A stretch of 26,726 bases of DNA from an uncultured Nitratifractor sp. GTDB lineage: Bacteria > Campylobacterota > Campylobacteria > Campylobacterales > Sulfurovaceae. Numbering within the stretch: the first letter of the stretch is position 1; the number at the start of each line of letters is the position of its first letter. The notes below the pieces were generated by a model, which did not search any database, was not told the origin of the DNA, and worked only from the letters and a program-made list of their open reading frames with translations. The translations under genes and the position numbers were made by a program. This document shows, piece after piece, positions 24,001 through 26,726 of the stretch. The DNA lies in contig CAYMUV010000001.1 of the NCBI GenBank assembly GCA_964393855.1, positions 1 through 26,726 of the forward strand, in the 5' to 3' direction.

Positions 24001-26154
24001 ATGAAAAAAGAGCAACAACACAGAGATGAGTATCTAGAAGATATAGAAAATAGCAACAAAGAGGCTTTAGATAGACTCTCAAAACTAGATGATAAAACTC
24101 CTCCTGACGAAGATAGAATGAACTATGAAGAAGAGTTAATAAGCGAACTAGAAGGTCAAAGAGAATTTGATAAAGGTTCAATATATTGGTGGCTAGTCTC
24201 TGCTGTTGCTTTTGGATGGTCACTTTTTCAACTTGCAGTTGTGGTACATCCTATAAATAGTGTATATATTAGATCAATCCACTTAGCTTTTGCATTACTA
24301 CTTGCATTTATGATTTACCCTATACTTAAAAGACCAAAACTAAGAAAAAAGATAACTTGGTACGACTATATTTTTGCAGTTGTTGCTGCTGTTGCTGCTT
24401 TGTATCAGTGGTTTGCATATAACGATTTAGCAATGCGCTCTGGTGCTTGGACAACAACAGATATTGTAATTGGTGTAATATTAATAGTAGTAATACTAGA
24501 GGGTGCTCGTAGAGTTATGGGGCTTCCACTCCCTTTTATTGCAGTAATGTTTTTAATATATGATATATTTGGTCCTGAAATGCCAGATTTAATTGCCCAT
24601 AAAGCTGTTAGTCTAAATAAACTTATGGGTCAAATGGTACTAACAACAGAGGGGATATTTGGAGTACCATTAGGTGTTAGTTCTGCATTTGTATTTCTAT
24701 TTGTTCTATTTGGTGCCCTGCTAGATCGTGCAGGTGCGGGAGAGTATTTTATTAATTTAGCATATACTTTGCTTGGTAAATATGATGGTGGACCAGCAAA
24801 AGCATCGGTGGCTGCATCTGGACTTATGGGTATAATATCTGGTTCATCAATAGCAAATACAGTAACAACGGGTACATTTACAATTCCTTTAATGAAAAAG
24901 CTAGGTTTTCCAGCACATAAAGCTGGTGCAGTAGAGGTTGCATCATCTGTAAATGGGCAGTTAATGCCACCAATTATGGGGGCTGCTGCATTTATTATTG
25001 CAGAGTTTTTAGGGCTTAGCTATACCGATGTTGTTTTTGCTGCATTTGTACCTGCTTTTACAAGCTATTTTGCCCTATTTTATATAGTACACCTAGAGGC
25101 AAAAAAACAAGGAATAAAGGGCGAAAAAGGACTTGGTAGAGTATGGCCAATATTTATTAAAGGTATCCATTATATAGTTCCAATAGCCTTTTTAATGTAC
25201 ACGCTTATTATTTTAAGACACTCTGCTCAAAGTGCAGCTTTTAATGCAATTATGTTTATGATGTTAATTATGGTAACTCAAAAGCCAATAGCAGCACTTA
25301 TAGAAGGTAAAAAACTAGATTTTTATACTTTAACTAGTGGCTTTACCGATATCGCGCATGGTATGGTTAATGGTGCTAAAAATATGGTTCCAATAGCAGT
25401 TGCTACTGGTGTTGCTGGGCTTGTAGTAGGTTCTGTAACTCTAACTGGTATAGGATTAATCTTAGCAGATGTAATAGACCAGTTATCTCATGGATATATT
25501 ATACTTGTACTGCTATTTACAGCTATTACATCACTAATACTTGGTATGGGGCTTCCTACAACTGCAAACTATATAGTTATGGCAGCACTAACAGCACCTG
25601 TTATTATGCAACTAGCAGGAGATAATGGATACCTAATTCCAGCCATTGCTGCACATATGTTTGTATTCTATTTTGGTATATTAGCAGACGATACCCCACC
25701 AGTAGGAATGGCCGCCTATGCAGCAGCTGGTATAGCTAAATCCGACCCAATAAAAACGGGATTGCAAGGTTTCTTTTATGATATAAGAACAGCAATACTT
25801 CCATTTATGTTCTTCTTTAACAATAAATTGTTACTAATAGAGAGCGTAGATGCCACAGACCCAAATGACCCAGGTAAATGGGTTTGGGTTAGTAATCCAT
25901 TAGAGATTGCAGTTATATTTGCAGGCGCAGTTATGGGTATGTTTGCCTTTACATCTGCTATACAAGGCTACATGGTAACAAAAGTAAATATTATAGAGCG
26001 AATTTTACTCTTGGCTCTAATTCCATTTGCAATGCTACCAAATATCATGGCAGAAAAACTGCATCTAGGAAGTGAATATCTATCGTATGCAATTGCAGCT
26101 GGAATTTATGCGTTTGTATATTTTATGCAAAAGGCAAAAGCTAAAAAAATATAA
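24001..26154 (+). CDS. TRAP transporter fused 4TM/12TM permease (TAXI-associated)
   Basis: SD GAGGAG; many TM segments; GIFGVPLGVS, GGPAKASV, SGSSIAN, GQLMPPIMGAAAF, LGMGLPTTANY and ADDTPPVG. Confidence 0.93.
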   Translation: MKKEQQHRDEYLEDIENSNKEALDRLSKLDDKTPPDEDRMNYEEELISELEGQREFDKGSIYWWLVSAVAFGWSLFQLAVVVHPINSVYIRSIHLAFALLLAFMIYPILKRPKLRKKITWYDYIFAVVAAVAALYQWFAYNDLAMRSGAWTTTDIVIGVILIVVILEGARRVMGLPLPFIAVMFLIYDIFGPEMPDLIAHKAVSLNKLMGQMVLTTEGIFGVPLGVSSAFVFLFVLFGALLDRAGAGEYFINLAYTLLGKYDGGPAKASVAASGLMGIISGSSIANTVTTGTFTIPLMKKLGFPAHKAGAVEVASSVNGQLMPPIMGAAAFIIAEFLGLSYTDVVFAAFVPAFTSYFALFYIVHLEAKKQGIKGEKGLGRVWPIFIKGIHYIVPIAFLMYTLIILRHSAQSAAFNAIMFMMLIMVTQKPIAALIEGKKLDFYTLTSGFTDIAHGMVNGAKNMVPIAVATGVAGLVVGSVTLTGIGLILADVIDQLSHGYIILVLLFTAITSLILGMGLPTTANYIVMAALTAPVIMQLAGDNGYLIPAIAAHMFVFYFGILADDTPPVGMAAYAAAGIAKSDPIKTGLQGFFYDIRTAILPFMFFFNNKLLLIESVDATDPNDPGKWVWVSNPLEIAVIFAGAVMGMFAFTSAIQGYMVTKVNIIERILLLALIPFAMLPNIMAEKLHLGSEYLSYAIAAGIYAFVYFMQKAKAKKI

Positions 26155-26179
26155 AATCAAGAAAGATTTTTCTTGATTT
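26154..26179. terminator. Probable bidirectional terminator between TRAP permease and trpC
   Basis: Perfect 11-bp stem AAATCAAGAAA / TTTCTTGATTT with GATT loop, between convergent genes. Confidence 0.6.
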
Positions 26180-26211
26180 ATTCTACTCAAGGTAAGATAA
26201 AAAAACTCTAC

Positions 26212-26724
26212 TTATAAAACTTTCCCATATTTTAATTTTTGAACAGCTTTTGTAATATCATTTTGTCTCATAAAGTGCTCTCCTACCAAAAAGGCATCTG
26301 CACCTACTGAGCTTAATTCTTTAACCACTTCGTGGCTATCTATACCACTTTCGGCAACTATAATTTTAGAGTTTGGTATTAGTGGGATTAACTTATGGCT
26401 TAGTTGCATATCCATTTTAAATGTCTCTAAATTTCTATGGTTAATACCTATAATATTTGCACCTGCAAATGTAGCTTTTACTAGGTCAATTTTATCGTGT
26501 ATCTCTACTAAAACCTCTAAACCTAAATGGTGAGCATACTCTATTAGCTCTCTTAACTCTTTTCTACTAAGTGCTTTTGCAATTAACAAAATATAGTCGG
26601 CTCCATAAACTAATGCCTCTAAAATTTGATACTTATCTATAATAAAATCTTTTCTTAAAAGTGGCACAGATACATATCTTCTTACCATTCCCAAAAACTC
26701 TTTATCGCCTTTAAACCAGTGTGG
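26212..26724 (-). CDS. trpC: Indole-3-glycerol phosphate synthase, C-terminal part (5' end outside window)
   Basis: The frame is open to the window edge ([28 protein letters not shown]), then [26 protein letters not shown] and AFLVGEHFM. Confidence 0.95.
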   Translation of the reverse strand, partial: PHWFKGDKEFLGMVRRYVSVPLLRKDFIIDKYQILEALVYGADYILLIAKALSRKELRELIEYAHHLGLEVLVEIHDKIDLVKATFAGANIIGINHRNLETFKMDMQLSHKLIPLIPNSKIIVAESGIDSHEVVKELSSVGADAFLVGEHFMRQNDITKAVQKLKYGKVL

Positions 26725-26726
26725 TT

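Noticed and set aside
17-24223. Short opposite-strand or off-frame ORFs in the track (e.g. 17-394, 466-663, 2673-2855, 5161-5346, 5932-6114, 6792-7022, 7629-7856, 8486-8734, 12848-13090, 13505-13705, 13720-13941, 14585-14914, 14946-15164, 16299-16535, 17376-17624, 17841-18059, 18658-18927, 19401-19676, 19987-20223, 20392-20667, 21781-21981, 23957-24223)
   Set aside because: They lie within or across well-supported genes, show no recognisable motifs or convincing SD, and have the Ser/Leu/Phe/Ile-rich composition typical of shadow frames.
1-26726. CRISPR arrays, IS elements, integrases, prophage genes, tRNA or rRNA
   Set aside because: No regularly spaced repeats, terminal inverted repeats, transposase or integrase motifs, or structured RNA genes were seen; intergenic gaps are all under 150 bp.

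Overview
AT-rich window of a Campylobacterota-like chromosome. The lineage is inferred from gene content, gene order and TGnTATAAT/AAGGAG signals; Sulfurovaceae-like is plausible but not proven. It is mostly housekeeping: uvrA (3' part), znuCB without znuA, hisD, a PLP enzyme of the ACC deaminase/D-cysteine desulfhydrase family, fba, peb4, nth, pepD, thiS, acpS, radA, ftsY, 5-FTHF cyclo-ligase, rny, cyclophilin, cmoB, a TAXI-TRAP transporter and trpC (3' part). No rRNA, tRNA, CRISPR array or mobile element is visible. The most interesting material is an envelope-centred accessory layer with five parts. (1) Two unrelated, very basic exported proteins, one a PEB4 paralog with the parvulin domain excised, share a near-identical upstream region of about 60 bp with an 11-bp-period TT[C/T]AC repeat, which suggests a regulon. 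(2) Two disordered lipoproteins flanking thiS share a 22-aa DPELLGPQxTLD motif. (3) An unannotated 26-aa membrane sORF leads an xpaC-telA-SPFH/GYF_2 operon. (4) A membrane-anchored pseudo-hybrid kinase retains only one intact receiver domain. (5) Alternative RNA hairpins lie between the TAXI binding-protein and permease genes. All alignments and counts were done by eye.
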